Translations under genes and position numbers: made by a program
The notes under the pieces: generated by a model
What the model saw: the letters and a program-made list of their open reading frames with translations, nothing else
The model's database searches: none
What the model was told of the DNA's origin: nothing
From: Erysipelotrichales bacterium
Lineage (GTDB): Bacteria; Bacillota_I; Bacilli_A; RFN20; CAG-826
Direction of reading: 5' to 3'
Assembly (NCBI GenBank): GCA_022508525.1
Contig: JAFLVA010000004.1
Location: 26,025 to 90,024 of the forward strand
Length of the DNA: 64,000 nt
In this document: positions 50,507 to 60,511 of the stretch, one piece after another
Position numbering within the stretch: the stretch's first letter is position 1
How the letters are laid out: every line of letters starts with the position of its first letter

Positions 50507-52849
50507 TTAAATGATTTTATAAAATTTTTTTAATTCAATTTCTATATCTTCTTCATTTAAAACAACATCGTAATTATGCCATTCCGCCTTAAATAAGTCT
50601 TGGTATCTTCTTTGCATATATCTTTCATCAATGAGTAATACCATACCTTTATCTTTTTCACTTCTTATGACACGACCTACAGCTTGCATAACACGATTCA
50701 TACCCGGTTTAACATAGGCATATTCGAATCCATTTTCTTCATTTTCATCGAAATAATTTTTAATTAGATCTCGCTCGTAGGAAATTTGAGGTAGGCCAAC
50801 ACCAACGATAATTGCCCCAATCAACCGATTACCAATCAAGTCTATTCCTTCTGAAAATACTCCGCCTAATACAACAAAGCCAATATGCGTTTTAGTTGGA
50901 TTTTCTATGAAATTGCCAAGAAATGCAATTTTTTCCTCTTCTTTCATATCCTGAACTTGACTATGAATAATAAAATCTTCATCTTCAAAATATTCAAGAA
51001 CACTATTTAAATACTTATATGATGGAAAAAACACAAAATAGTTTCCTATTTTTTGTGATACAGCAGTTTTTATATAACTTGCAACCTCTCCGTATGTTTT
51101 GTCACGATTTTTATATGTCGTAGAAATTTTTGGTGCAACCATCAATTTTAAATTTTTTCTTGGAAATGGAGAAGGAATACGCAAAACTGGAGAATCGTTA
51201 TTTCCTCCTAAAAGTTTTACATAATAATCAAGTGGCGATAAAGTACCAGAAAATAATACTGCACCTTTTAATTTTGATAATGAGTCCTCAAATAATTTTG
51301 CAGGATTTAAATTAAAAATATTTGCACTCAAGTCACCATTTTCTTTATAAATATAAAACTTAAAATTGTGATTAAAAAATTCTGATATTTTAACAAATCT
51401 AATCGCATCAAAATAAAAGTCTTTAAAATCATCTTCAACATCATATGGAAGCTTTTTCATATAATCCGATGCTTGTTGTTGAAAATTAGATAAAACAGAA
51501 ATTAACTTTACGTCTAAATTCTCTTTTAGGTTATAGCCATCCTCGGATTCACTATCATATTCTTTAAAAATCTTATTAATCTTGTTGACAGCAGTTTTTA
51601 ATTTTTTATGCTCAATTTTTTTGATGTTTCTTTTCATTTTTTTAAAATTGGAATATAAAAGTGACGTCGAATACATTTCTCTTCCACGCTCAACAAGGTT
51701 ATGAGCCTCATCAATTAAACCAATCATACGATAAGTGGTTTCATCAAAATATCTTCTCATATATACAATTGGATCAAAAAGATAATTAAAATCGCAAATT
51801 ATAATATCTGAAAATAATGAAACATCTAATTGATATTCAAATGGGCACAACTGATGCTTATTTGCATATTCTAAAATTAAATCTTTGGAATATTCAGTAT
51901 CATTTTTTAATAAATCACTTAAAGCGTTTCGTATTTTTTCATAATATCCTTTTGCGTATGGACACTCGTCAGGATTGCATCCACGACCCGGACATAAACA
52001 TATTTTATCTTTTGCGGTAATTTGAATAACTTTAGATTTCAATCCCTTGCTAAGTAAAAGTTTAGTAGCATTAAATGCTGATATTATCCCACTGTTTTTG
52101 GCAGTTAAATAGAAGATTTTATCGACATTTTCTTCCGCAAACATTTTTACTGAAGGAAATAGTGTAGACATTGTTTTTCCAATTCCCGTTGGAGCTTCCA
52201 CAAAAAGATTTTCTTCTTGTTTAATAGCAGAATACGTATATTTTGCTAAGTCATATTGACCCAAGCGGTAATTTTCAAAGGGGAATTCAAGAATTTTAGC
52301 ACTCTCATTTCTTTCTTCAATTTGTTTGAAAATCATTTGATAAAAATCCAAGTATTCTCTAATTAAATTGATTACATATTCCTCTAATTCGTCTTTTGTA
52401 TATGTAAATTCTTTTATAAGCTGTTTATTGTCTAACTGATTTATATATGTTAGTCTTACACCCATTCGATCTTTTTTCTTGTCAATAGCGTAAATAAGCG
52501 CATAAACTTTTGCTTGACCTAAATGCCATTCTGCTTGTGAATTATAAAATTCCTCGTTATCAATAACACTAGTTTTAATTTCATCAATAACGCATAAAAA
52601 AGGTCTTTCTATAATTCCATCTGCTCGCCCTTGTAAAGTAACATTAAAACCATCAATATTAAATGTATGATTCAAATAAAATTCTGCAATATAGTCATCG
52701 CTTTGCCTTCTTTGGTATGAAGCATGAAGACGTGTACCTTCACTCATTGAGGTCTTATTATAAATTCGATTGTCAATATCACCTTTTCGGAGGAGAAAAT
52801 CTACTAACTGGTGCACAGACATAATTAAATTCTTTTCCAATTTTCTCAC
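50507..52849 (-). CDS. PD-(D/E)xK nuclease domain fused to XPD/DinG-family Fe-S (DEAD_2) helicase
   Basis: N-terminal GRADGIIERPFLCVIDEIKTS (D...ExK); Walker A APTGIGKTMS; 4-Cys cluster ICLCPGRGCNPDECP; DEAH (GLIDEAHNL); motif VI QAVGRVIRS. Start uncertain: TTG 52840 has better RBS spacing than the track GTG 52849. Confidence 0.7.
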   Translation of the reverse strand: MRKLEKNLIMSVHQLVDFLLRKGDIDNRIYNKTSMSEGTRLHASYQRRQSDDYIAEFYLNHTFNIDGFNVTLQGRADGIIERPFLCVIDEIKTSVIDNEEFYNSQAEWHLGQAKVYALIYAIDKKKDRMGVRLTYINQLDNKQLIKEFTYTKDELEEYVINLIREYLDFYQMIFKQIEERNESAKILEFPFENYRLGQYDLAKYTYSAIKQEENLFVEAPTGIGKTMSTLFPSVKMFAEENVDKIFYLTAKNSGIISAFNATKLLLSKGLKSKVIQITAKDKICLCPGRGCNPDECPYAKGYYEKIRNALSDLLKNDTEYSKDLILEYANKHQLCPFEYQLDVSLFSDIIICDFNYLFDPIVYMRRYFDETTYRMIGLIDEAHNLVERGREMYSTSLLYSNFKKMKRNIKKIEHKKLKTAVNKINKIFKEYDSESEDGYNLKENLDVKLISVLSNFQQQASDYMKKLPYDVEDDFKDFYFDAIRFVKISEFFNHNFKFYIYKENGDLSANIFNLNPAKLFEDSLSKLKGAVLFSGTLSPLDYYVKLLGGNNDSPVLRIPSPFPRKNLKLMVAPKISTTYKNRDKTYGEVASYIKTAVSQKIGNYFVFFPSYKYLNSVLEYFEDEDFIIHSQVQDMKEEEKIAFLGNFIENPTKTHIGFVVLGGVFSEGIDLIGNRLIGAIIVGVGLPQISYERDLIKNYFDENEENGFEYAYVKPGMNRVMQAVGRVIRSEKDKGMVLLIDERYMQRRYQDLFKAEWHNYDVVLNEEDIEIELKKFYKII

Positions 52850-52890
52850 TCCTTTATATTAATAATTTAATATAAATATTTTCACTAGGC

Positions 52891-52925
52891 AATAAAAAAA
52901 TAAGGTTGACTGGAACCTTATTTTC
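52891..52925. terminator. Bidirectional hairpin terminator about 45 nt upstream of the helicase start
   Basis: Stem AAGGTT/AACCTT (52901-52906/52913-52918), extendable through A/T pairs, loop GACTGG, flanked by A7 and T-runs. Confidence 0.5.
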
Positions 52926-53075
52926 TGTAAGTGAGTTGCTAAATCATTGGGGAGGAGGATTGTCGATTTTCCCTATCGACACTATATCTTATTCCTCAAA
53001 TTTTACTTGTGGGCGGTAAAAGCCTATTTTTTACTAAAAATGTATTTTCACCTAAATTTAGGCTACATAGCCCAA

Positions 53076-54011
53076 TTATTTTAAGATTTTACCTACTAAG
53101 TTTTGATTACCGTTTATAAATGAGCGATAGTCCATCTTATTCTTTCCTTCTTTTTGTAGCTCAAGTAACGATATTTGCCCATTTTTTCCTTGCATTATCA
53201 ATCCGTTTTTATCAGCGCTGATAATTTCTCCTAAAGTTTTTGTTATTTTATCATTAATAACTCTTGCCTTCCAAATCTTAATTTTCACATTATCAAGATA
53301 TAAATATGCACCTGGATGATCATTTAGTGCACGAATCCAATTTACTACTTTTTTCGCATCTAAATTCAAATCCAAATGTTCTTGCTCTTTTTTTATAGTT
53401 GGACAAAATGTCACTAGGCTTTCATCTTGTGGTTCACCATTTAGTTTTCCATCGAGATATAAAGGAAGAGTTCTCAAAATTAAATCTTTGGCACAATTTG
53501 TCATCTTAGATGTTAGAGTTGTTAATGTATCATCTTCACTGATTGTGACTTCCTCTTTTGCATACATTATTCCCGCATCCATTTTATCAATCATTTGCAT
53601 TAAGGTCATTCCAGTAACTTTTTCTCCTTCAATAAGTGCATATTGCATAGGAGCGGCCCCACGATATTTCGGAAGTAAAGATCCATGAAGATTAATGCAA
53701 CCAAGTCTTGGAATATCTAATAATCCTTGTGGCACAATTTGACCATAAGCAAGAGTCAAAATTAAGTCAGGATTTAAATCTTTGACAAATTCATAGTCTA
53801 AACGTATTTTTTCCGGCTGAAACACAGGAATATTATATTTTTCAGCAACTACTTTAGTTGGAACTTTTTCTAATATTTTTTTTCTTCCTACCGGCTTATC
53901 GCATTGTGCAACAACACCGACAATGTTATAGCCTTCTAAAATTAATGATTCTAAAACTATTGCTGACATTTCTGGTGTTCCCATATATAAAATTTTTTCA
54001 AGTCTTTTCAT
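53076..54011 (-). CDS. fmt: Methionyl-tRNA formyltransferase
   Basis: Formyltransferase motifs (NLHGSLLPKYRGAAP) and C-terminal Fmt domain; GGTGA RBS; not linked to def here. Confidence 0.9.
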   Translation of the reverse strand: MKRLEKILYMGTPEMSAIVLESLILEGYNIVGVVAQCDKPVGRKKILEKVPTKVVAEKYNIPVFQPEKIRLDYEFVKDLNPDLILTLAYGQIVPQGLLDIPRLGCINLHGSLLPKYRGAAPMQYALIEGEKVTGMTLMQMIDKMDAGIMYAKEEVTISEDDTLTTLTSKMTNCAKDLILRTLPLYLDGKLNGEPQDESLVTFCPTIKKEQEHLDLNLDAKKVVNWIRALNDHPGAYLYLDNVKIKIWKARVINDKITKTLGEIISADKNGLIMQGKNGQISLLELQKEGKNKMDYRSFINGNQNLVGKILK

Positions 54012-54061
54012 TTAAATCACCAATCTAAGTTTAACAAATAAGTAAACAAGATTAAAGATAA

Positions 54062-54385
54062 TTAACCTATGAATTTTGTTATAAGCTCTGCTGCCAATTT
54101 GATTAATTTGCCAATTCCACTTACCAGCATTGAGCCAAGTTTATTAAACAATGATGCAAGTCCATTACTTGCAACTACAATTTCATCTACACTTGTTGCT
54201 CCATCAATTATTCCATCTTGAATGACTCCACCATTTGCAACATTATCTTCAAATTGGTCGATGATAGAAGTAAGTGCACTATTATTGTTCGAACTTACAC
54301 TCCTGCTTCCTGCAATTGAGGCGATTACTATTCCTACAAATAAAACAATCAAAGCAGTCTTAAAAAAATTTTTCATTTTCATCAC
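54062..54385 (-). CDS. Small secreted or membrane-anchored hypothetical protein
   Basis: Signal-anchor ALIVLFVGIVIASIAG, Gly/Ser/Asn-rich middle, amphipathic C-terminus; 107 aa. Confidence 0.4.
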   Translation of the reverse strand: MMKMKNFFKTALIVLFVGIVIASIAGSRSVSSNNNSALTSIIDQFEDNVANGGVIQDGIIDGATSVDEIVVASNGLASLFNKLGSMLVSGIGKLIKLAAELITKFIG

Positions 54386-54409
54386 CCGTTACAATGATAG
54401 AAAATAAAT

Positions 54410-55273
54410 TTATCTAAGATTGTCGTTTATTGCTAAAGTTGGATTTATTGCTAAGTTTATTCCACTTGCGATATTTAACGCTATTACATCTATTAAATCA
54501 TCAATCTCTTTAGTTGTCATAATAAAATTATGATTATCACGATCAAGCGAATTATATATCGTTTCTATAGTATTAGTATTTAAAAGATTTTTATCAATTA
54601 CGTTTAAAGTATTAACCATGATACTTGCCACATCAACAACTGTAGCAACTCCAATAGCCACCACTGGTATCTTCATAATTTTTTTGTTAACACCCATTCG
54701 GTTATTATTTACACCACTTCCAGGATTAATCCCCGTATCTGTTAATTGATATGTTTTGTACAAACGTGAAATACTTCTTGTTGCAAGTGAATCAATGACA
54801 ATAACAATGTCAATTGAAAAGCGATCAATGATACTTTTAATCATTGCGCTAGACTCTAATCCTGTTACACCCATAACTCCCGGAATAAAACACGAAACAC
54901 TTGTTATTTTTTTCTTTTTCAAGTGCGAAGTAACATTAATTTCTTTAATGACTTTTGGCCCCAATGCATCCGAAAGATATGAATCATTTCCTAATCCAAC
55001 AACTAAAACTTTAGATTTTGAGTTAAATCCATTCTTTTTCAATATTTTTTTAAGATATTTTGCTAAGACCTCTTCATTATTATGATCGTTAGTGCACTCT
55101 ATAGTAATGTAATTGCCAACTTCTTTTGCATATTTATTATTTTTGTCTTTGATTTCAATTTGCGTTATTTTTGCACCATATTCTTTAAAATGCTTTATTG
55201 AAATCGGATCGCTTTTTTTCTTTTTTATTAATTCATCTGCAATATCGTTTTTAAATAAGTCATTTATTTTCAT
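54410..55273 (-). CDS. gpr: Germination protease (spore endopeptidase Gpr, peptidase A25)
   Basis: VLVVGLGNDSYLSDALGPKV, IPGVMGVTGLESS, LTDTGINPGSGVNNNR, PVVAIGVATVVD align with B. subtilis Gpr. Divergent from rpsT as in Bacillus. Confidence 0.8.
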   Translation of the reverse strand: MKINDLFKNDIADELIKKKKSDPISIKHFKEYGAKITQIEIKDKNNKYAKEVGNYITIECTNDHNNEEVLAKYLKKILKKNGFNSKSKVLVVGLGNDSYLSDALGPKVIKEINVTSHLKKKKITSVSCFIPGVMGVTGLESSAMIKSIIDRFSIDIVIVIDSLATRSISRLYKTYQLTDTGINPGSGVNNNRMGVNKKIMKIPVVAIGVATVVDVASIMVNTLNVIDKNLLNTNTIETIYNSLDRDNHNFIMTTKEIDDLIDVIALNIASGINLAINPTLAINDNLR

Positions 55274-55391
55274 ATTATCACCTCATATTATTATTTGTAT
55301 AAGGACGAATAATAATCAAAATAGTGCAAAACTATTGAATAAAATTGCTAGTTATGATAAACTTTTTTCGTGTTTTGAAAGAGGTGAAATT

Positions 55392-55658
55392 ATGGCAAAT
55401 ATTAAATCACAAGTAAAAAGAGTTGGTACAAACGAAAAAAGTCGTATGGCTAATGCTAGTATGAAGTCTAGTGTCCGTACTGAAATGAAAAAAGTTCGTC
55501 TTGCTGTTGAAGCAGGTGAAGTCGAAAAAGCTGAAGCAGCATTACGTAGTGCTGTTGCAAAAATTGATAAATCTGTTTCTAAGGGTGTTCAAACAAAAAG
55601 AACTGCTGCAAGACAAAAGAGTCATCTTCAAGCCTTAGTTAATAATTTAAAAAAATAA
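55392..55658 (+). CDS. rpsT: 30S ribosomal protein S20
   Basis: MANIKSQVKRVGTNEKSRMANASMKSSVRTEMKKV is the S20 signature; GAGGTGA RBS before ATG 55392 (track start 55113 is a long spurious extension). Confidence 0.9.
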   Translation: MANIKSQVKRVGTNEKSRMANASMKSSVRTEMKKVRLAVEAGEVEKAEAALRSAVAKIDKSVSKGVQTKRTAARQKSHLQALVNNLKK

Positions 55659-55663
55659 TTTAA

Positions 55664-55696
55664 AGACTGCTAGAAAAAGTTCTAGCAGTTTTTATT
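55664..55696 (+). terminator. Rho-independent terminator of rpsT
   Basis: 9-bp stem ACTGCTAGA/TCTAGCAGT (55666-55674/55681-55689), loop AAAAGT, T5 run. Confidence 0.6.
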
Positions 55697-55920
55697 TACT
55701 TATCTAATTTATCTCTATATTTTGTATAAAAAACATATATATATTTTGAAATTATAACGTTTTTTACGCAATATTTATTCTAAAATGATGTACTAATAAA
55801 ATAGTTTATATGAAACTGCTTACATAAAGCAAATAGTAAATTTTCTACACAAATTCGCTAATATTTCGACAAAATGCGCGCCATTTTCGTAAAAATGGGA
55901 GTAATTACTAATATTTTTTA

Positions 55921-55949
55921 TTGACTAATTCACGTAAAACGCGTAAAAT
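55921..55949 (+). promoter_or_regulatory. Putative sigma-A promoter of the lipoprotein cluster
   Basis: TTGACT (55921-55926), 17-nt spacer, TAAAAT (55944-55949), about 85 nt upstream of ATG 56035. Confidence 0.4.
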
Positions 55950-56034
55950 CTTTATATATTATTTATTATTTATTATAAGGAAAAAGTAAGCATAATTGTG
56001 ATAGGTAGTAAATGAAAATTTGAAAGGAGTTAAA

Positions 56035-57234
56035 ATGATAAAGAAATTCGGATTATTTTTATTAACAATTGCTTTCTTACTTTGTGGATGTACTAGTGGT
56101 AGTCAAACATCAAATTCAAACCCAAGTGTCAGTGATTTAACGAGTGAAAGTGTTAGCTCACCATCAGTTGAAGGATCAGACCCTAGTATCTCTACTAGTC
56201 AAAGTGAAAGTAACATTGAAAGAGAAGTTGTCTACTACTCAGATTCATGGGATGAAAACTTATTAGACGCTATAGGATTTATAGCAGGAAATGAAAACAA
56301 AGAATTAGTGCCTGCCGTCACAGCTGAATCATTTGAATATTTTGTTACAATTGATGAGGCTACTTCACTAGATTTGCTTATTGTTAACTGTTACGGAATT
56401 AATAGCAAAACAATTCAAGAAAGATATGAAACTTCTTTAGAACTTAACGGATTCCAATTATCTTATGATAGTCCTTACGGATGGCTTGAAGTTTCTGCTA
56501 CTGAGGATCTAGTTGTACAATATGATGTATTAACTACTGGTGTAACTTATTTTGAGTTATTAATTTACAAAGTTGAAATGCGAATTGACTATTGGCCTGA
56601 AGAGGCAATAAAGTCTATAACTGCAGAATACGTTCCAGTTGTAGCAGGTAGAAGTTACGAAGCATATGTTGATTTCACAATTGACTATAAAGCAAGAATA
56701 TCAATATATGTATATCATAGTGAAATTAAAAATGTCGATTTGTATGAAAGCGAATTAATAAATGCTGGTTATACAGTTACCTATACAACTTATGGATATG
56801 ATGAAGCAACTAGTGCATTAGGTACTCATATAATGTATACATATGATCTCGAATCAGAAATCTTTGTTCTTTACATCTATAATGACTGGCCTTATTTAGA
56901 TATCAATTATTATCTAGGCATGGATCTTCCTCGTTTAGATGTAGAAAATGCAGTATTCGATTATGCCTATGTAGGTTCAAGTGCTTCTATTTTGACACTA
57001 TATTATGATTATGTTAATAGTTCTTCTTTAGCTATCTATGGTAGTCAATTAGAGGAAATTGGCTTTGTGCAAGATGGAAATGAAAGCACAACAATTTATA
57101 ATGAAGGAACAGCAAATCAAGTTACTGTAACTTCGCGAAATTACGTTATGAATGCTGATTTAGAAGATGAGCATTACATAAGCTTAATGTATTGTTTAGA
57201 ACAACAATCATTAGCAATTGCTATTTATTATTAA
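56035..57234 (+). CDS. Hypothetical Tyr/Asp-rich lipoprotein (family member 1)
   Basis: ATG 56035 after GAAAGGAG RBS; lipobox LLCGCTSG; Ser-rich linker; shares the [FY]xxxLxxxG[FY] and YxY-rich pattern with 57248 and 60512. Confidence 0.55.
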   Translation: MIKKFGLFLLTIAFLLCGCTSGSQTSNSNPSVSDLTSESVSSPSVEGSDPSISTSQSESNIEREVVYYSDSWDENLLDAIGFIAGNENKELVPAVTAESFEYFVTIDEATSLDLLIVNCYGINSKTIQERYETSLELNGFQLSYDSPYGWLEVSATEDLVVQYDVLTTGVTYFELLIYKVEMRIDYWPEEAIKSITAEYVPVVAGRSYEAYVDFTIDYKARISIYVYHSEIKNVDLYESELINAGYTVTYTTYGYDEATSALGTHIMYTYDLESEIFVLYIYNDWPYLDINYYLGMDLPRLDVENAVFDYAYVGSSASILTLYYDYVNSSSLAIYGSQLEEIGFVQDGNESTTIYNEGTANQVTVTSRNYVMNADLEDEHYISLMYCLEQQSLAIAIYY

Positions 57235-57247
57235 GGAGGAAAAATCA

Positions 57248-60200
57248 ATGAAAAAAAGTAAACTTTTAGTTTTATCAATTGCCATATTTGGTTTAGCTGC
57301 TTGCCATTCTAACAATTCAGTTAGTACTTCTGAGCAACCAAGCTCACCAAGTGTTCCAAGTGTATCTACAGGTCCTGAATCAAGTCAAGGTAGCACAAGC
57401 ACCTCTACTCCTGGTTCAGAACAAACAAGCCCAAGTACACCAACACCACCTAATCCAAGTGCGGCTCGTGCTTTATTTAGAGAAGCATTACACAAAGATT
57501 ATAGCAACGTTACTGTTTATAGTTATCAACAATATTACGATGGTGAAGATTATGAAGAAGACTACGAATTTGTTGATAATGACTACATTGTCGATTTTGC
57601 ATATACGCTTGCAGAAGCAGGCTATGACAGAGCAGACTGCTATTCTTACTACCATATTGATGAAGATGGAAAATCTTGGCTACATTTTGAGAAAGATGCA
57701 AGCAATCCTAATTCAAAGAGTGGTTGGTTAAATAAAGGTGCATCTAATGCTGACCTTTCTATTTGGAAAACATATTTCTATTTACCAATGTTATTAGAAA
57801 ACATCACTGAAAACGATGTAAGCTATAGCAACGGAGTATACTATGTTACAACAGATGCAAAAATCGATGAATTAAACTACTCAGCATTTGGATATGCATG
57901 GTTTAATGACATTATTGATATTGCCTTTGTTCTAGAAAACGGCTATATCTCAAAAATTTGGGGATTCTGTGACAGCTCTTCTGATCCAGTAAACTTTGTC
58001 CAAATTCAATTATTCAATTTTGGTACTACTGTACTTCCACCTGAATTTAACGATATCACTCCATTTAGTGAAGAAACAAAAATGGAATATTGGCAATACA
58101 AAGGTTGGGAACACGATTATCAAAGAGCATACTATACTAACGCTCATGCAGAAGTAATCACATCCGAATTAGAAAGTGATGAAGATCACGATGTTATTAT
58201 CGATGTCGATAAAAAGTTTGAGGTTAGATATGATCTTACACCTGAAGCTTTCAACCCATGGGATGTTGTCAAGGATGAAGACAAAGTAGTCACATGGCAT
58301 TATGATGAAACCGTTCTTGAAATGACCTATTCAAATAAGAGTAGAACAAAGACATTCCGCGGTATTGGTGGTGGAACAACTGAAGTATACGTTTCTGTTA
58401 ACGGTGAAAACGGACCAATTGAATCAGAACATATTGTTGTTAAAGTAATCGGTCTAAAAGAACAAGATAAAACAGACGCTATTTACGATTTCGTATGGGC
58501 TGGTTTGGAAGAAACACATGAAGAAGGCAATGAAAACGATAAATACTATAATGTCCTTGCATCTAATGCTGTTACTACTTCTAAAGGTCTATTCGATATT
58601 AAAGCCGGATATGGCGTTACAATGAACGATGGAAGAAACGCTGAAAACAACAAATACTTTAAATCTGGACAACAATACTTATTATTACAACCAAGTAATA
58701 GTAACGTTATGCACTCTACTAAAGGATCAAACTTATACTTTGACTTTGGTGAACAACAAGTTTCTCAAATTTCATTTAACTATGGTTTATTCTGGGCAAA
58801 TCATTTATCAGATTTAAAAACATGGTTAAATAAATTCACAATTCGTACATACAATAACGATGGCGATGTTGTAGAACAAGATTTCGCTAATGAAATCAAA
58901 AATAACGCTTCTGCTGAATTCATTAAGAACTTTGAATATGAATTTGCTCCAGCAAGTAAAGTCGAAATTATCGTTTATTCAAATATGATAGGTAAGTCAA
59001 TGTCACTTGCTATTGACTCTGTCTGTTTTATGGCAAATGATGACTGCCACGACTATATACCACCAGAAGATGTTGAAGTAGAAAGCATTTCTGTTACTCC
59101 TGCTTCTGCTAACATCTTTACTGGTAAAACTGTTCAATTAAATGCACTTGTTAGCCCTCAAAATGCTTTTGATAAAACATTAACATGGCATATTGAAGAT
59201 GGAAAAGATAATGTTATTTCTCTTGATAACGGACTTGTCACTGGATTAGAAGCTGGTACTGCTCAAGTTTGGGCAACTTCTGTTAATGGAGTCGAATCAA
59301 ACAAAGCTGTTATTACAGTTGTTAATATGCCAGATTTAGGAGCATATGCAGGAAATATCTATCAAAGTGAAGATAATGATAATACATTAAAAGTTGTTGA
59401 TGAAAGCACAGCTATTTATTCTACATTCAGTCAAAGTGTTGAAGCAACTCTTGTCGATTACAACGGAACCCAATTCATTTTTGAAAATGAAGATGGTGAA
59501 GGTTTCAAAGTTGAATTCTATAATAGTAGCGCTCATGTAAGAGAATTTAAATATCTTTCTAACGGCGAAATCAAAACTACTGGTGGCACTGCTTACTGTG
59601 ATCTTGTTAAAAAAATGACAAGTTTCTCATTATCAATGAACAGTAATAGTGTTGATGAAGATACAGTATATGATGTTCAAATTGGTGATACTAGATACTT
59701 AACAGTCGCACCAAAACCATCTGAAGCAAAAATAACAGTTTCATTTGAATCTTCAAATGATCAAATTGCAAATGTTTCTCTTTCATCTAACACAAATGTT
59801 GGTGTAGTTGTCTTTAAAGATTCTGGTGAAGTAACAATTAAAGTTGTTGTTGTTGATTTATACGGAATCAAATTAGAAAAAGAAGTCAAATTTAACGTCG
59901 CTGCAAAAGTTTTCCCAAATGAAAGCAACTGGGATGTTAAAGCTGACAAAAATTTAGATGATATTAAAGTTGGTAATCAAGTTCAATTCAGTGTTAATTG
60001 GAAAGATGATTCAATCAACACAGACAAAACTGTTACATGGACAGTTAGCGATACTGAAGTTGCTTCTATCACTAGAGCAGGTGTTCTAACAGCTAAATCA
60101 GAAGGCGAAGTAACAGTCACTGCTTCAGTAATGGGCGAAAACAATGTTCCAGTTACTAAATCATTAACATTTACAGTTTCTTCAGCTGAAGAAGGGGCTT

Positions 60201-60493
60201 TACCTGATGAAGCATGTGGTACATGGCATGATGTGACAGAAAACGGATTTGATTTCACTGTAAATAGTGATGGCTCTGCAGTTATGGTAGTTTATGGTGA
60301 AGAAGAATTCCACTTTAACTTTACAGGTATGAATGGTTCATATTATGTATTTGAATGTGAAGAAGATAGTAGCATTATATTAGAACTATGGGTAAAATCA
60401 GATAATACAGCAAACCTTGCACCTTCCGATGGTGAAATGGTCGTCATTGGTGACTATTATATGTGGGGTTATGGTGCTGATGTAGCTAAATAA
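57248..60493 (+). CDS. Large surface lipoprotein with bacterial Ig-like (Big_2) domains
   Basis: AAGGAGG RBS; lipobox GLAACHS; S/T/P-rich linker; Y/D-rich N-terminal domain; Big_2-like segments (ISVTPASANIFTGKTVQLNALVSPQNAFDKTLTWHIEDG...GTAQVWATS and VTWTVSDTEVASITRAGVLTAKSEGEVTVTAS). Confidence 0.65.
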   Translation: MKKSKLLVLSIAIFGLAACHSNNSVSTSEQPSSPSVPSVSTGPESSQGSTSTSTPGSEQTSPSTPTPPNPSAARALFREALHKDYSNVTVYSYQQYYDGEDYEEDYEFVDNDYIVDFAYTLAEAGYDRADCYSYYHIDEDGKSWLHFEKDASNPNSKSGWLNKGASNADLSIWKTYFYLPMLLENITENDVSYSNGVYYVTTDAKIDELNYSAFGYAWFNDIIDIAFVLENGYISKIWGFCDSSSDPVNFVQIQLFNFGTTVLPPEFNDITPFSEETKMEYWQYKGWEHDYQRAYYTNAHAEVITSELESDEDHDVIIDVDKKFEVRYDLTPEAFNPWDVVKDEDKVVTWHYDETVLEMTYSNKSRTKTFRGIGGGTTEVYVSVNGENGPIESEHIVVKVIGLKEQDKTDAIYDFVWAGLEETHEEGNENDKYYNVLASNAVTTSKGLFDIKAGYGVTMNDGRNAENNKYFKSGQQYLLLQPSNSNVMHSTKGSNLYFDFGEQQVSQISFNYGLFWANHLSDLKTWLNKFTIRTYNNDGDVVEQDFANEIKNNASAEFIKNFEYEFAPASKVEIIVYSNMIGKSMSLAIDSVCFMANDDCHDYIPPEDVEVESISVTPASANIFTGKTVQLNALVSPQNAFDKTLTWHIEDGKDNVISLDNGLVTGLEAGTAQVWATSVNGVESNKAVITVVNMPDLGAYAGNIYQSEDNDNTLKVVDESTAIYSTFSQSVEATLVDYNGTQFIFENEDGEGFKVEFYNSSAHVREFKYLSNGEIKTTGGTAYCDLVKKMTSFSLSMNSNSVDEDTVYDVQIGDTRYLTVAPKPSEAKITVSFESSNDQIANVSLSSNTNVGVVVFKDSGEVTIKVVVVDLYGIKLEKEVKFNVAAKVFPNESNWDVKADKNLDDIKVGNQVQFSVNWKDDSINTDKTVTWTVSDTEVASITRAGVLTAKSEGEVTVTASVMGENNVPVTKSLTFTVSSAEEGALPDEACGTWHDVTENGFDFTVNSDGSAVMVVYGEEEFHFNFTGMNGSYYVFECEEDSSIILELWVKSDNTANLAPSDGEMVVIGDYYMWGYGADVAK

Positions 60494-60511
60494 AGAAATA
60501 AGGATTTTGCT

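Noticed and set aside
52850-53075. Possible tRNA or tmRNA in the fmt-helicase intergenic region.
   Set aside because: No T-loop (GTTCRANYC) or acceptor/anticodon architecture could be drawn; kept only as a possible sRNA or leader.
55113-55391. Long N-terminal extensions of track ORFs (rpsT 55113, rpsU 28601, glyQS 23230, cshB 16019, nfo 14674, grpE 42757).
   Set aside because: Internal ATG codons with good Shine-Dalgarno spacing give proteins matching the canonical family lengths; extensions are hydrophobic or low-complexity read-through of upstream regions.
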